A program made the translations under genes and the position numbers. Shown here piece by piece: positions 29,054-38,923 of a stretch of DNA of 50,472 nt. Source of the stretch: an uncultured Bacilli bacterium (GTDB lineage Bacteria > Bacillota_I > Bacilli_A > RF39 > UBA660); NCBI GenBank assembly GCA_944373065.1, contig CALWAJ010000001.1:1-50472 (forward strand), written 5' to 3'. The notes under the pieces are model-generated. The model made no database searches and had not been told where the DNA came from. It saw only the letters and a program-made list of their open reading frames with translations. Numbering within the stretch: position 1 is the stretch's first letter; each line of letters opens with the position of its first letter.

Positions 29054-30538
29054 TCATATTTCTATCTGTATTTCCCTACCAAATTGCCTCTTTACCTTTT
29101 CTAATATTTCTTCATTTGATAACTCACTATATTTATATTTTTCAATACTGCCTAAAGAAGGCATATTAGTAATTAGATAGTTCTTACTTTTATCAATAAT
29201 AGATGATAAATTAAAGAAATCAACATTTTCATTTGAAATTACCTCTAACGTTACTTTTAAATCTTCTAATTTAGATAATTCTGCTTTGCCAATTATGATA
29301 CTTGCAATATGTTCTACTGGAATAGTTAAAACATCATAACCATTTTTGAATAGACTTTCTTTTGAAAAACCATTAAATATACTAGTTGCATATTTTTCTA
29401 TTTTCTTTTTACTTGCATGAACATAACCTCTTGTTGTTCTTAAATCGGAATGACCTGCTAAATCTTGAACATCTCTTTCAGTTAATTTAGGATTATAGTT
29501 CATTTGATTAGTTAAATAATAATGTCTTATACCATGAAATGTAATATCAAGATTTATTTCTTCTCTTGTTCTGAAATCTTTCCAAGTTCTGCTTATTCTT
29601 GATGGTCTATAGAATCCCCCATACTGATTTAAGAATAAATTAGGTATTTCCTTATAATTAGGATTTTTTATTTTCAAATACTTAATAAAATTCTCTCTAT
29701 AAACTAAATACTCATCTAATACATCAAAAAATTCCTCTGGCATTGGTATTTCTCTAACACTACTTTCAGACTTTGGTTTATCTTCTATAAAATTACCATT
29801 TTCATCACGAACTATTACAGTATTAACACAAACTATCATTCTTTCACGATCAATATCTCTATCAAGATGTTGTCCGGCAACTTCTTCGGCTCTTAATCCA
29901 CCAAATAAAGCATACAAAAACTGTAGCCTATCTCTAATTTTTGCCTTCATTATCTTGTTTTTTATTTCGTCTAGTTGTTCAAATTCTGGAACTACTACCT
30001 CTTTAGCCTTAAAATCAGGTGCTTCAATATCACTCATTGGATTTACTCGTAACCAATTCCAGCGACAAAACCTATTAAATAAGATACTTAACATTGAATA
30101 CTCATGATGTAAAGTATTATCTGAAATAGTACCTCCTTGTCTTTTACCATTACCTCTTTTAGGACGTTTTTTCTCTTTAGCAAGTATTTTAGTCAAAAAA
30201 ATTGAATCTATATTAACTATGTCAACATTTCCTATAGCAATTTTCAATATTTCTATATATTTCTTATAACTGGTTATAGTTTGTGGTGCAGGTTTCTTTG
30301 TCTTATTTCTTAACCACTCAAGATATTCATCACAAGCATCAGAAAAGCCAATGTGCTTGACCTCATCGTGCATTCCTAAAGTGTTTTTAGCAAGATATTT
30401 TTCATTGGCTTCTGTTGCTTCTTCAAGTGTATCAAAACTTTCATCATAATCAATAGGAAATTTAGTTGACTTTTGATATCTAACTCTAAATTTACCACTA
30501 GCAGTTTTAGTAATATGTGCAGGTAATTTCTTTGTCAT
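29054..30538 (-). CDS. int: Tyrosine recombinase / phage-type integrase with a ~110-aa C-terminal extension
   Basis: Catalytic signature ...GLRAEE..., HGIRHYY, AGHSDLRTTRGYVH (R...HxxR...Y). 494 aa. Confidence 0.9.
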   Translation of the reverse strand: MTKKLPAHITKTASGKFRVRYQKSTKFPIDYDESFDTLEEATEANEKYLAKNTLGMHDEVKHIGFSDACDEYLEWLRNKTKKPAPQTITSYKKYIEILKIAIGNVDIVNIDSIFLTKILAKEKKRPKRGNGKRQGGTISDNTLHHEYSMLSILFNRFCRWNWLRVNPMSDIEAPDFKAKEVVVPEFEQLDEIKNKIMKAKIRDRLQFLYALFGGLRAEEVAGQHLDRDIDRERMIVCVNTVIVRDENGNFIEDKPKSESSVREIPMPEEFFDVLDEYLVYRENFIKYLKIKNPNYKEIPNLFLNQYGGFYRPSRISRTWKDFRTREEINLDITFHGIRHYYLTNQMNYNPKLTERDVQDLAGHSDLRTTRGYVHASKKKIEKYATSIFNGFSKESLFKNGYDVLTIPVEHIASIIIGKAELSKLEDLKVTLEVISNENVDFFNLSSIIDKSKNYLITNMPSLGSIEKYKYSELSNEEILEKVKRQFGREIQIEI

Positions 30539-30540
30539 AT

Positions 30541-30843
30541 TTAGATACCTCTAAACATTGCTTGATTATTTTTATTCTCTAACCATTTTTCTACACTTGA
30601 TTTAGGAAAAAATCTTTCTTTACCATCTTTGATAACTGGGAAATTTTCTTCCTTAATATATTTTGCAAGTTTATATTTAGAGAATATATTCGGATATAAA
30701 TCTATTAAATCCTTTGAAGTATAATATACCTCTTTTTCTTCATTGACAACGTTTATATTCAAATCATCATTTTGTACAACAATACGAATAACGTCTGCTA
30801 AAGTTATATTTTTTAACATATTATATGTTGCTAAATCTTTCAT
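30541..30843 (-). CDS. Excisionase-like / MerR-type HTH DNA-binding protein
   Basis: 100 aa immediately upstream of int. The C-terminal segment YYTSKDLIDLY...KYIKEENFPVIKDGKERFFPKSSVEKWLE resembles excisionase-family HTH proteins. Confidence 0.5.
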   Translation of the reverse strand: MKDLATYNMLKNITLADVIRIVVQNDDLNINVVNEEKEVYYTSKDLIDLYPNIFSKYKLAKYIKEENFPVIKDGKERFFPKSSVEKWLENKNNQAMFRGI

Positions 30844-30946
30844 TGTGTTTCACTCCTTTTCTGTATCATTTGTATATTTTGGTAAACACTTTGCTAATAT
30901 GTGATTTTACCAAAAGTAATAATATTTACAACCCCTGTATCAAGTT

Positions 30947-32347
30947 TTATTCTAATATATTATTTAATTCTAAACTACTTGGAAAAATATCTGATTTATT
31001 AATTATGTCTTTAGCAAAATCAAGATCAGAACGTAATATCTTATTTTCTTCTTTTTCCTTTTCAAGTAATGACTGAAAACTCTCCTCTGGTGCTTCTTCA
31101 TTTTTAATATGCCAATATTTATAATCTACTGGTACTGTTTTAGTATAATCAGAAGAATATCCATCGTATGACTGTAATACACTTATCTCAAATTTATTAG
31201 GATTTTTCCTATAAACATCAGCATATATAGAAAATATGTTATCTGATAGTACTTTAAGTTCTTTAGGAACATTATTCCGAACATCATATAAATAATAACT
31301 ATTTATAGTTGTTAATATTGATATTTTTCTTTCTGTTCCTAAAAGATTTCTAGCTTGGTTTTTCAAATACTTATAATACTCACTAATAATGGTATGTATA
31401 TTAGTAATGCTTCTTCTTCCATTATCAAGCTTCATTTGTGTAAAATCATCAATAACAATTAATGAGAGGCCAGCTCCTGTTGCCTTTAAGAATTTATCCT
31501 CTGCATAAGCAATTAATTTTTGCAAATTATAGCGAGTAGATATGATAAACTCTGACTCATCAAATAAGATTAAGTGCTTTAGATAATTCATTTTAAAATC
31601 AGTATAAACTTTTAGATAATTATCTTTATCATAATCTGAATAAGGATCATCAAAAGTAAATGGCTTATCAAATCTATTTACATCGCAAGAATGCCTTACA
31701 ATAAACCTTTTATATATTGTTTCTTTATTGTAACTTGGCGTTAAATATAGGACATTTTTACCTTGTAATATGGATTCATATGCAACATTAATTGCCCACA
31801 TACTTTTGCTAGTGTCATCTTCTCCGATAATCGTAGTCAAAGTGCCATCTTGTAATCCATAAACTTTCTCATCAATAAAATTTATACAAGATGATATATT
31901 GATTTCAACATCTTCTATTTTTCCTAAATTATCATAGGCATCATCATCTCTTATATTAATAATATCTACATATCTATCAAAAAATGCTTTAGTAGCATTT
32001 TTGCTAATTTCACCATGTTCTAACTCATTAATTAATAACTCTAGTAATTCATCTTCCTTTTCTTTTTTTCTTTCCTTAATAAACTCATCAATTTTACTTT
32101 CTAACTCTAATCGCTCATATGCTTCTATACTTTCAAAATCAGGTATGTCTTCTTTATCTAATAACTGTGTTAAAGACTTCTTTAAATCTATCGTATTAGT
32201 TAATTCAAGTTGTTCTAACATAGAATTACACATTTCTGATTCTTCAATAGTTAAGACATCTGCTTCCTTTAAATAATTAATGTTAGATATTAGTTCTTGA
32301 TTAGTAACATTAGTTTTAAAGATTCTTATAAATTCTTCTGAAACCAT
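30947..32347 (-). CDS. DnaB_C/RecA-fold ATPase (replicative-helicase-like) with an atypical Walker A
   Basis: IIGEDDTSKSMWAINVAYESILQGKNVLYLTPS (GxxxxSKS) and Walker B LSLIVIDDFTQM. Start refined to the ATG at 32345-47, preceded by AAGGAGG. Confidence 0.5.
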   Translation of the reverse strand: MVSEEFIRIFKTNVTNQELISNINYLKEADVLTIEESEMCNSMLEQLELTNTIDLKKSLTQLLDKEDIPDFESIEAYERLELESKIDEFIKERKKEKEDELLELLINELEHGEISKNATKAFFDRYVDIINIRDDDAYDNLGKIEDVEINISSCINFIDEKVYGLQDGTLTTIIGEDDTSKSMWAINVAYESILQGKNVLYLTPSYNKETIYKRFIVRHSCDVNRFDKPFTFDDPYSDYDKDNYLKVYTDFKMNYLKHLILFDESEFIISTRYNLQKLIAYAEDKFLKATGAGLSLIVIDDFTQMKLDNGRRSITNIHTIISEYYKYLKNQARNLLGTERKISILTTINSYYLYDVRNNVPKELKVLSDNIFSIYADVYRKNPNKFEISVLQSYDGYSSDYTKTVPVDYKYWHIKNEEAPEESFQSLLEKEKEENKILRSDLDFAKDIINKSDIFPSSLELNNILE

Positions 32348-32464
32348 GTTTACCTCCTTTTTTACCACTCTTATATGCAAGAAATTAGAACCGTATTTTC
32401 CTTATAATATAAGAGTTTTATAATATTCATTTGAACTTTATTTTCATCATTTTGAACTTTACTT

Positions 32465-33610
32465 TTATAAATGACTAATAGGACTATCTAAAGAAACTAT
32501 GAAACTAACATCAACATCTCTACCAATATCATCTAGTGTAAAATTATAAATAAGATTTCCATCTAAATCATAATCGTATTGATGCTTTTCTTGAAAATCC
32601 TCAGTTTCGTCGTAATTATATTTAATCTCATAGTCATATATAGTTTTATTTGAAACAAAGTCTGCTAATATTTCATTTATATACTTTAAAGTCATTTTAT
32701 AAGTTCTTAATTTATTAGGAAGACTTTTAAATCCATCGAGTTTAGAAGCAAGAGAATATCCTTTGCATTCGCCTTTCCTAGTTTCATAATGTACTTTTTG
32801 CAATATTGAATTGACATCTAACATAAATGAATTGGAATATTTCTTGTGTGGATCTTTTCTAATAAATATTTCGATTGCAATGAAATAAGCAATAACGTGT
32901 TTCATAGACTGATTCAATCGATACTGATAAAATTTAGGAAGCAAGATATTAGAATATCTGCGAGATAGCTTAATTATTTTACCAAACTGTGAAAAATGAT
33001 AAGAAAAAATAATATCATTTTTGCTCTTATAATATAAACTAGTAAAAGAAATTAGTTTTTGCTTTATCTTTAAATTGTTAACTCCATAATTTTTTCCACC
33101 TTGAGTCCTAAACTTTGGTTTAGTATCAATAATGATTTCTTTTTTAGATAATTTATTCAAAGTTGTAACATAACTCTTGTAATTAACATCAGAAATTTTT
33201 ATCTTTTTGGCTTTACCTCTCCTACGATAATTTCTTTCAAATTCAGTTAATGAAAAATCATAATCAAAATCTGTTTTTAAATATCTATCAAATAAGATAT
33301 TGCAAAATAGTATTTCAACATTACTAAAATATAAGTTGTCCTTCAATAAGTTAAATATTTCTTCTTGTGCTTCTGTAGATAACTCACTAAATTTGCATAT
33401 TTCACCATTAACAGTTAATAGTTCTTTTGGTATTTTTGCAATTAAACCTACGGTGTAATCCCTACCTGAAATCTGATTAATTAAATGTTCTTCTTCATTA
33501 ATAGTTTTAACAACAACGCTAGATAAATTTAATTGATAAAGATTAGCAAGAAGATTATCGTGAACAGTAATTATAGCTTTTTCGCTAAACCTGTTTTTTA
33601 TTTTAGTCAT
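32465..33610 (-). CDS. Hypothetical protein (possible replication initiator, by position only)
   Basis: 381-aa ORF directly upstream of the helicase-like gene. No motif recognised. Confidence 0.45.
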   Translation of the reverse strand: MTKIKNRFSEKAIITVHDNLLANLYQLNLSSVVVKTINEEEHLINQISGRDYTVGLIAKIPKELLTVNGEICKFSELSTEAQEEIFNLLKDNLYFSNVEILFCNILFDRYLKTDFDYDFSLTEFERNYRRRGKAKKIKISDVNYKSYVTTLNKLSKKEIIIDTKPKFRTQGGKNYGVNNLKIKQKLISFTSLYYKSKNDIIFSYHFSQFGKIIKLSRRYSNILLPKFYQYRLNQSMKHVIAYFIAIEIFIRKDPHKKYSNSFMLDVNSILQKVHYETRKGECKGYSLASKLDGFKSLPNKLRTYKMTLKYINEILADFVSNKTIYDYEIKYNYDETEDFQEKHQYDYDLDGNLIYNFTLDDIGRDVDVSFIVSLDSPISHL

Positions 33611-33611
33611 A

Positions 33612-33806
33612 CTATTTTATCCTTAAAGTTTGTTTTTGTGTTTTATTTCTAGTAACAGGCCATACTTCTAATGTAATTACTTGTGCAGTTCTTGTAAGTT
33701 TTGCTTTTACTTCTACATTGACTGTTTTGTCAGGTTTTTCTTCTGTTATTGTTCTTGTGATAAATTGCCTACAATTAGGGCAATTATTTTTTAGATTTTC
33801 CATCAT
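33612..33806 (-). CDS. Small hypothetical protein with an N-terminal CxxC
   Basis: 64-aa ORF, tightly packed between neighbours. Confidence 0.4.
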   Translation of the reverse strand: MMENLKNNCPNCRQFITRTITEEKPDKTVNVEVKAKLTRTAQVITLEVWPVTRNKTQKQTLRIK

Positions 33807-33818
33807 ACCAACTCCTTT

Positions 33819-34058
33819 CTATAAAAACCAATCTCTATTTTTGTTATAGGCTTCGTCTTTTGCTTCAAAGTAACACTTTTCACATAAACCTCTGTGATCT
33901 TTAGTTTTTGCTTTACCACATTTTAAGCATTCAGAATAAGTCTTACCATTCCTGTAATTGTAATAACAAGTATCACAACTTCTGTGCTTAAACCTAGTAA
34001 AGTATGTTTTACCACAATTAAGGCAAACACTTTCTTTAAAATCACCCATATCTTTCAC
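33819..34058 (-). CDS. Small Cys-rich Zn-ribbon protein (six CxxC pairs)
   Basis: CLNC...CDTC...CLKC...CEKC spacing in 79 aa. RBS aaaggag. Confidence 0.5.
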   Translation of the reverse strand: MKDMGDFKESVCLNCGKTYFTRFKHRSCDTCYYNYRNGKTYSECLKCGKAKTKDHRGLCEKCYFEAKDEAYNKNRDWFL

Positions 34059-34278
34059 TCCTTTCTGTATTTTTAAGCAATTATTTAAAAATCACTTAAA
34101 TCGAATATTAATAAAGTGAGTCTATTTTAAGACAATTTGAATAGAATTTTAGACTAATTGACTTTTTGAAGCTCTCACTTCGGATTCATTATTTCATAGT
34201 TTATATTAATTTACTATTGACAAAACGAGACCACTTTGAGACAATAATAAACAAATTTACACAGGGAGGTATAACAAA

Positions 34279-35310
34279 ATGAATTTTAAAGATTATTTAA
34301 AAGTGAGCACAGCTTATATACAAGTAAAGAATGTATATAAAATAGAAAAAGATTACAATATCAAAATTAAAGATTTTAAAAAATCATCAGCAGATGATGA
34401 GTATTATGATTTAATAATTGATAAAATAGAAAAAGGAGAAATAACTCAACATACTGATTTAGAAACTTTATTCTATAGTTATATTAAATTAGGGAAATCC
34501 TTGTATGAAATAAATAAAGATAATATAAATAAAATTAAAGTTTATAAACAAAATATATTTAATATTAACGTTGAGGCCAATCTAATCGTAAACAAAATAA
34601 ATAATAAATCTTTAAAAGTTTTAACAGAATGGTTAAATAATAATTTTATTCTTACAATAGATAAAGACCTAGATAAAGGATATTTTACTGAAACAACTAA
34701 ATTAATAGACTTATCTATATTTATGTATTTAGTAACACAGGCTTTTAAAACAGAGTTTGGAATTAAAAGTAATAGCAATAAAGTTTCCTTTAATATGTTT
34801 ATTGACTATAAAAATAGTAATCCAAATTATCTATCAATAATAGAAAAAGTAATTGATTTCTTTGAGGAATCATTATTACGTAAATATATTAAAGAAAAGA
34901 CAGAATTAATATATGATGAAGAAACTTCTTATCTAAAACCTTATAAAGTTTTTGACAATATATATAGTTTAATGTGGTATATCTTTAAATTATATTTATC
35001 TTTTTTAACAACGCAAGGAGTAGATACACCACTTTATACTTTATGTAAAGTTTGTGGTAGTAACACTGATAATTTTAAAAATAAATTATGCCCAAGTTGT
35101 AAAGAAAAATATGCAACTATAAGACGTGCATTAAATAGAGAAAATAAAAAGAATCTTGATAAAATTAAGATTCTAATAACAGGACAAACATTCCCATCTA
35201 ATTTACAAGAACGAATTGATATGATTTTAAACAAAAAGATTAAGCATGAGGATAATAATCTAATTAAACACTTATTGCGAGACATAGAAGAATATCTTAA
35301 TTTGGTATAA
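34279..35310 (+). CDS. Hypothetical protein with a C-terminal CxxC...CxxC Zn ribbon. The only long plus-strand gene in the element core.
   Basis: 343-aa ORF, RBS gggagg. CKVCGS...CPSCKEKY. Confidence 0.55.
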   Translation: MNFKDYLKVSTAYIQVKNVYKIEKDYNIKIKDFKKSSADDEYYDLIIDKIEKGEITQHTDLETLFYSYIKLGKSLYEINKDNINKIKVYKQNIFNINVEANLIVNKINNKSLKVLTEWLNNNFILTIDKDLDKGYFTETTKLIDLSIFMYLVTQAFKTEFGIKSNSNKVSFNMFIDYKNSNPNYLSIIEKVIDFFEESLLRKYIKEKTELIYDEETSYLKPYKVFDNIYSLMWYIFKLYLSFLTTQGVDTPLYTLCKVCGSNTDNFKNKLCPSCKEKYATIRRALNRENKKNLDKIKILITGQTFPSNLQERIDMILNKKIKHEDNNLIKHLLRDIEEYLNLV

Positions 35311-35318
35311 AAGTCTTT

Positions 35319-35942
35319 TTACTTACTTTCATATATCCTAATATTGTTATAAACAGTATTTCTACATTTTCCCCATAGCCTAGCAAACTCACATAAATTA
35401 ATTTGCTTTGCTTTATACTGTGCATAATATTTTATAAACATTGGATCTTCATCTAATGTTTTTTTAGTTTTAATTGGTCTACCAAACTTAACACCATTTG
35501 CTAAAGCTGCATTTATACCTTCAAGTTGACGTTGATTAATAAATCTCCTCTCCTGCTCTGCAACATAAGATAATATTTGTAATACTAAATCACTAATAAA
35601 AGTACCTAATAAATCTTTATTCTTTCTTGTATCTAATAATTCCATATCTATAACAACTATATCAGCTTTAATGTTTTTAGTAATATCTCTCCATTCATCC
35701 ATAATTTGATTATAATCTCTTCCCAAACGGTCAATACTTTTAATTACCAGTAAATCATTTTCCTTTAATTTACTCTTCATTATTTGATATTGCTTTCTAT
35801 TAAAATCTTTACCACTTTGTTTATCAATATAAATATTTTCTTTATCAATTCCATATTCTTTAAATGATAACAACTGACGAGCTTCATTTTGTGATATATC
35901 ACTTACTCGTCCATATGCCATTGTTTTATTTTTTGTTTCCAT
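35319..35942 (-). CDS. Serine recombinase (resolvase/invertase family)
   Basis: N-terminal AYGRVSDISQN catalytic-Ser motif, SIDRLGRD, and a C-terminal HTH. 207 aa. Confidence 0.85.
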   Translation of the reverse strand: METKNKTMAYGRVSDISQNEARQLLSFKEYGIDKENIYIDKQSGKDFNRKQYQIMKSKLKENDLLVIKSIDRLGRDYNQIMDEWRDITKNIKADIVVIDMELLDTRKNKDLLGTFISDLVLQILSYVAEQERRFINQRQLEGINAALANGVKFGRPIKTKKTLDEDPMFIKYYAQYKAKQINLCEFARLWGKCRNTVYNNIRIYESK

Positions 35943-36124
35943 TTTTGTATCCTTTCTAAATTCAAATGCCCAATAAAAGTCATCTTGACTTTATTGAACA
36001 ATTTTAATATAAATAACATCAATTTATGTAGATAATTAACTATCAATAGACTGCCCAAAAAAAGTATGCTTATATTGAACACCTAAAATTACAAATAAAG
36101 GCATCTATATAATGCCCTTATTAT

Positions 36125-36433
36125 CTAATAATTAGTTTTATTCAATTTCTCTGCATCTTCCTTTGAAGTTAAAAATGTTGCTTTATTAATAACTACTACC
36201 ATTTCATTATCAATAACTCGAAGTTGTCCTTTTACTCCTATTATCGAGTTAATGGCACAATACTCATTTATATACTTAACTTTCTCTTTAGGAACAATAC
36301 ATTTGATAAGATCTGCTTCATAAATACCATCTTTATTTTTTTCGCTACTTGGTATTCGCAATATCAGTATTACTTTATTATATTTTTGAATAAGTTCTTT
36401 AAACATTCCTACTAATATACACATATTAAGCAT
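36125..36433 (-). CDS. Short SSB-like OB-fold protein (no acidic C-terminal tail)
   Basis: MLNMCILVG..., EADLIKCIV, GVKGQLRV parallel the MLNRVVLVGRL / EADFINCV / VDGRLQ pattern of bacterial SSB. Confidence 0.55.
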   Translation of the reverse strand: MLNMCILVGMFKELIQKYNKVILILRIPSSEKNKDGIYEADLIKCIVPKEKVKYINEYCAINSIIGVKGQLRVIDNEMVVVINKATFLTSKEDAEKLNKTNY

Positions 36434-36434
36434 T

Positions 36435-36641
36435 TCATATACCTCCTTTCAAACTACCTTTTACGGTACTGTAAATGTTACCAAAGTTAATAGTAATTAC
36501 AAGATATACTGGAAAAATAATAAAAAATAACAACGTGTAAACGTTCTTTAGTTGATTAAACAATGAACTACCAAAAAAATAACACAAGAAACCGTTTAAA
36601 GTGGAAAAGAAAATTAGTATATGAAAAAAGAACTTTTGCAA
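36435..36641 (-). CDS. Small two-TM membrane protein
   Basis: 68 aa with two hydrophobic helices. Function unknown. Confidence 0.4.
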   Translation of the reverse strand: MQKFFFHILIFFSTLNGFLCYFFGSSLFNQLKNVYTLLFFIIFPVYLVITINFGNIYSTVKGSLKGGI

Positions 36642-36673
36642 GTTCTCTTAAATATTTAGTCACTAAATAATAT

Positions 36674-37225
36674 TTATAATTGATTACGATTTAAAGAATT
36701 AATTTTAATTATCAATCCCCAAAAGAATCTGACTTTTAGTCGTTCTTCGAACGATTCTAAATCCTTTGGAGCAATGTTAGATGCCAAAACTATTTGCTTA
36801 CTATTAGCATATAAACTATTAAATATATGGAAAAATTCCTTTTGTATTTCATAATTGCTACTTAAGTAATTAATATCATCAAAAAGTAATACATCTATAT
36901 CATTAAATTTATTGCTAAAGATAGAGTTATCTTCTTTCTTACTATTTTCAAAGTCATAAATAAATTGTTCTGATGAAATATAAAGAACTTTTAAATTGCT
37001 ATTATCTATAATGTAATTGCCAATGGCGTGCAAAAGATGTGTTTTCCCTGCATTGTTTTCTCCATATATAAATAGTGGATTATATATTTTACTTGGATCT
37101 TGAGCTACATTTAAAGCAAATTCATAAGCAACTTTATTATTCATTTCATCTATAACGAAATTGTCAAATGTATATTTATTATTAAAGTTAGATCTTACTT
37201 TTTCATTACTTTTAATTAATGTCAT
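36674..37225 (-). CDS. DnaA AAA+ domain III-only protein (no domains I/II, no lid, no DNA-binding domain IV)
   Basis: YTFDNFV...YNPLFIYGENNAGKTHLLHAIGNY (Walker A), DVLLFDDINYL (Walker B), KEFFHIFNSLYANSKQIVLASN, LKVRFFWGL (box VII Arg). Colinear with DnaA residues from the TFDNFV box to RFEWGL. Confidence 0.75.
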   Translation of the reverse strand: MTLIKSNEKVRSNFNNKYTFDNFVIDEMNNKVAYEFALNVAQDPSKIYNPLFIYGENNAGKTHLLHAIGNYIIDNSNLKVLYISSEQFIYDFENSKKEDNSIFSNKFNDIDVLLFDDINYLSSNYEIQKEFFHIFNSLYANSKQIVLASNIAPKDLESFEERLKVRFFWGLIIKINSLNRNQL

Positions 37226-37378
37226 AAACTCTTCATCTCCTTATGATATATTAAACTACTAACAGTAAACCCTTTAAAGACACAAATTAAACAAAAATGT
37301 CAAACTTTTATATATCATTACAATATACTATAAACCTTTTATTTATTGAAAGTTAAAAGGACCTTTTAACAAGTCCTT

Positions 37379-37663
37379 CTAATCTATAAATTTATATTCT
37401 CTTAAAAACGTTATTATTTCATCTTCTGAAATATCTCCTACCCTAGTATCAACAATACCATTTCCAACTATTATGAGTGTAGGTGTACCACTTAAATTAA
37501 ACCCATCTGTTTTGAATATTGCCTCTAATTCGTTAAGCTCATTTGAATTTAAACTACTAATATCCATTTCATATGAGAGTAATTTATTATTTTCTAACAC
37601 TTTAGTAAGTTTTTCCTTAAAGCTCTCACAATGTGAGCAACCTTTCTGACTTAAATATACCAT
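37379..37663 (-). CDS. Thioredoxin-fold protein with a CxxC (CSHC) active site
   Basis: GCSHCESFK...GTPTLIIVGNG pattern (cis-Pro loop). The frame stays open for 20 codons upstream to the TGA of the preceding gene. Confidence 0.7.
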   Translation of the reverse strand: MVYLSQKGCSHCESFKEKLTKVLENNKLLSYEMDISSLNSNELNELEAIFKTDGFNLSGTPTLIIVGNGIVDTRVGDISEDEIITFLREYKFID

Positions 37664-37723
37664 GTTATAACCATTAGCATTAATAATACTTTTAAACTCA
37701 TCAAAATCAACTTTTTTATTACT

Positions 37724-38923
37724 TCATTCATATTCAGTGGTTAAATCAAAATTATTAAGAAATACATTGACACTATTCATATCTTGATATCCCTCTAATA
37801 CGTCAATTATTTCACCATGACCTACTATTAACAATAAAGGAACTCCATATCCATCTTTAAAATAATCTTCATTTTCTGTTATTTTTTTCATATCTACTAT
37901 ATTAGCATTAAGACGATTAATTTCTATACCTCTAAGATAAGCAACATCTTCCATAACTTTATTCATCATATTGCAATATTCGCTTGAACCATCACTTCTT
38001 GTAATATATATTAAAGTTTGAGCATTTTGTTCTTTTAGTCTTATATAATCATCTGCATTTATATTTTTGAAAAAGGTTGGAGGTAAAGTTTCATTACTAT
38101 AAACGTTATCTTCTTGTTCTGATTCTTCTGGAATCTCAAAATTTATCCTTTCACAATACGTATTTTGTAATGCTTTAAATTCAGAATAAGGCATTTCTTC
38201 GCCATCATACATATATTTCCTTAATTCTACTTTTTCATTATTAATATCAAAAGACATTGTAATACCTGCATTTTCATCACTTCCACTTATTCCACTAACA
38301 GTTACAGTAACATTTCCTTGCATATCTATTTCACTTTGCCAGTCTTGATTAACTACGATGTTATTTATAAGTTCTTCATATGTACCATTATTACAAGAAT
38401 CAAGTTTATAATCATAGACTTGATCTATATATTTACTAGTATCAGTTAATAGAAATAAAGGATTAATTCTTAATATAATCATTACAATAAAAACAGTTGC
38501 CGATATTATCCATGCTATAAAATAACTTGGATTTTGATTTAATACTCTAAACCTTTTAAATAGATATTTTGGAATTATAATGTTATAAATTTTATTTATG
38601 CCTAAAGTGTTCTCATCTAAACCTAATTTATTTAGTTTCTTATAATCTAATACTATAAATAAAATACTGAATATACACATTATCAATATTAAAATTATAA
38701 TTCCTAGATAATAAGATTTAGTTAAATACCAAACTGATAAATATATTAAAATTGATATAATTGGTAAAAGTGAAACTAACCATATGAATTTATTGGATAC
38801 TTTTTTATTGTCTATTTTTGGTGTATCTTTCTTTTTATTTTTTAAAGGACAACCACAATGAATACAAACATCTAAAGTATCACTAACCTCTTTTCCACAT
38901 TCCTTACATTTTATTAAAGCCAT
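37724..38923 (-). CDS. Zn-ribbon / 3-TM membrane protein with an extracytoplasmic domain and a C-terminal monothiol thioredoxin-like domain
   Basis: MALIKCKECGKEVSD...CIHCG Zn ribbon and three TM helices. The C-terminus aligns by eye to the 94-aa Trx (YITRSDGSSEYC..., GVPLLLIVGHG). Confidence 0.7.
   Translation of the reverse strand: MALIKCKECGKEVSDTLDVCIHCGCPLKNKKKDTPKIDNKKVSNKFIWLVSLLPIISILIYLSVWYLTKSYYLGIIILILIMCIFSILFIVLDYKKLNKLGLDENTLGINKIYNIIIPKYLFKRFRVLNQNPSYFIAWIISATVFIVMIILRINPLFLLTDTSKYIDQVYDYKLDSCNNGTYEELINNIVVNQDWQSEIDMQGNVTVTVSGISGSDENAGITMSFDINNEKVELRKYMYDGEEMPYSEFKALQNTYCERINFEIPEESEQEDNVYSNETLPPTFFKNINADDYIRLKEQNAQTLIYITRSDGSSEYCNMMNKVMEDVAYLRGIEINRLNANIVDMKKITENEDYFKDGYGVPLLLIVGHGEIIDVLEGYQDMNSVNVFLNNFDLTTEYE

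Noticed and set aside
37724-37726. Alternative genetic code (TGA = Trp, code 4), suggested by the in-frame TGA and the very low GC content.
   Set aside because: Conserved proteins (PrkC, RlmN, SpoVAD and others) are full length under the standard code with Trp encoded by TGG. TGA also terminates spoVAC, with a classic ATGA coupling overlap. The organism carries sporulation genes, unlike Mollicutes.
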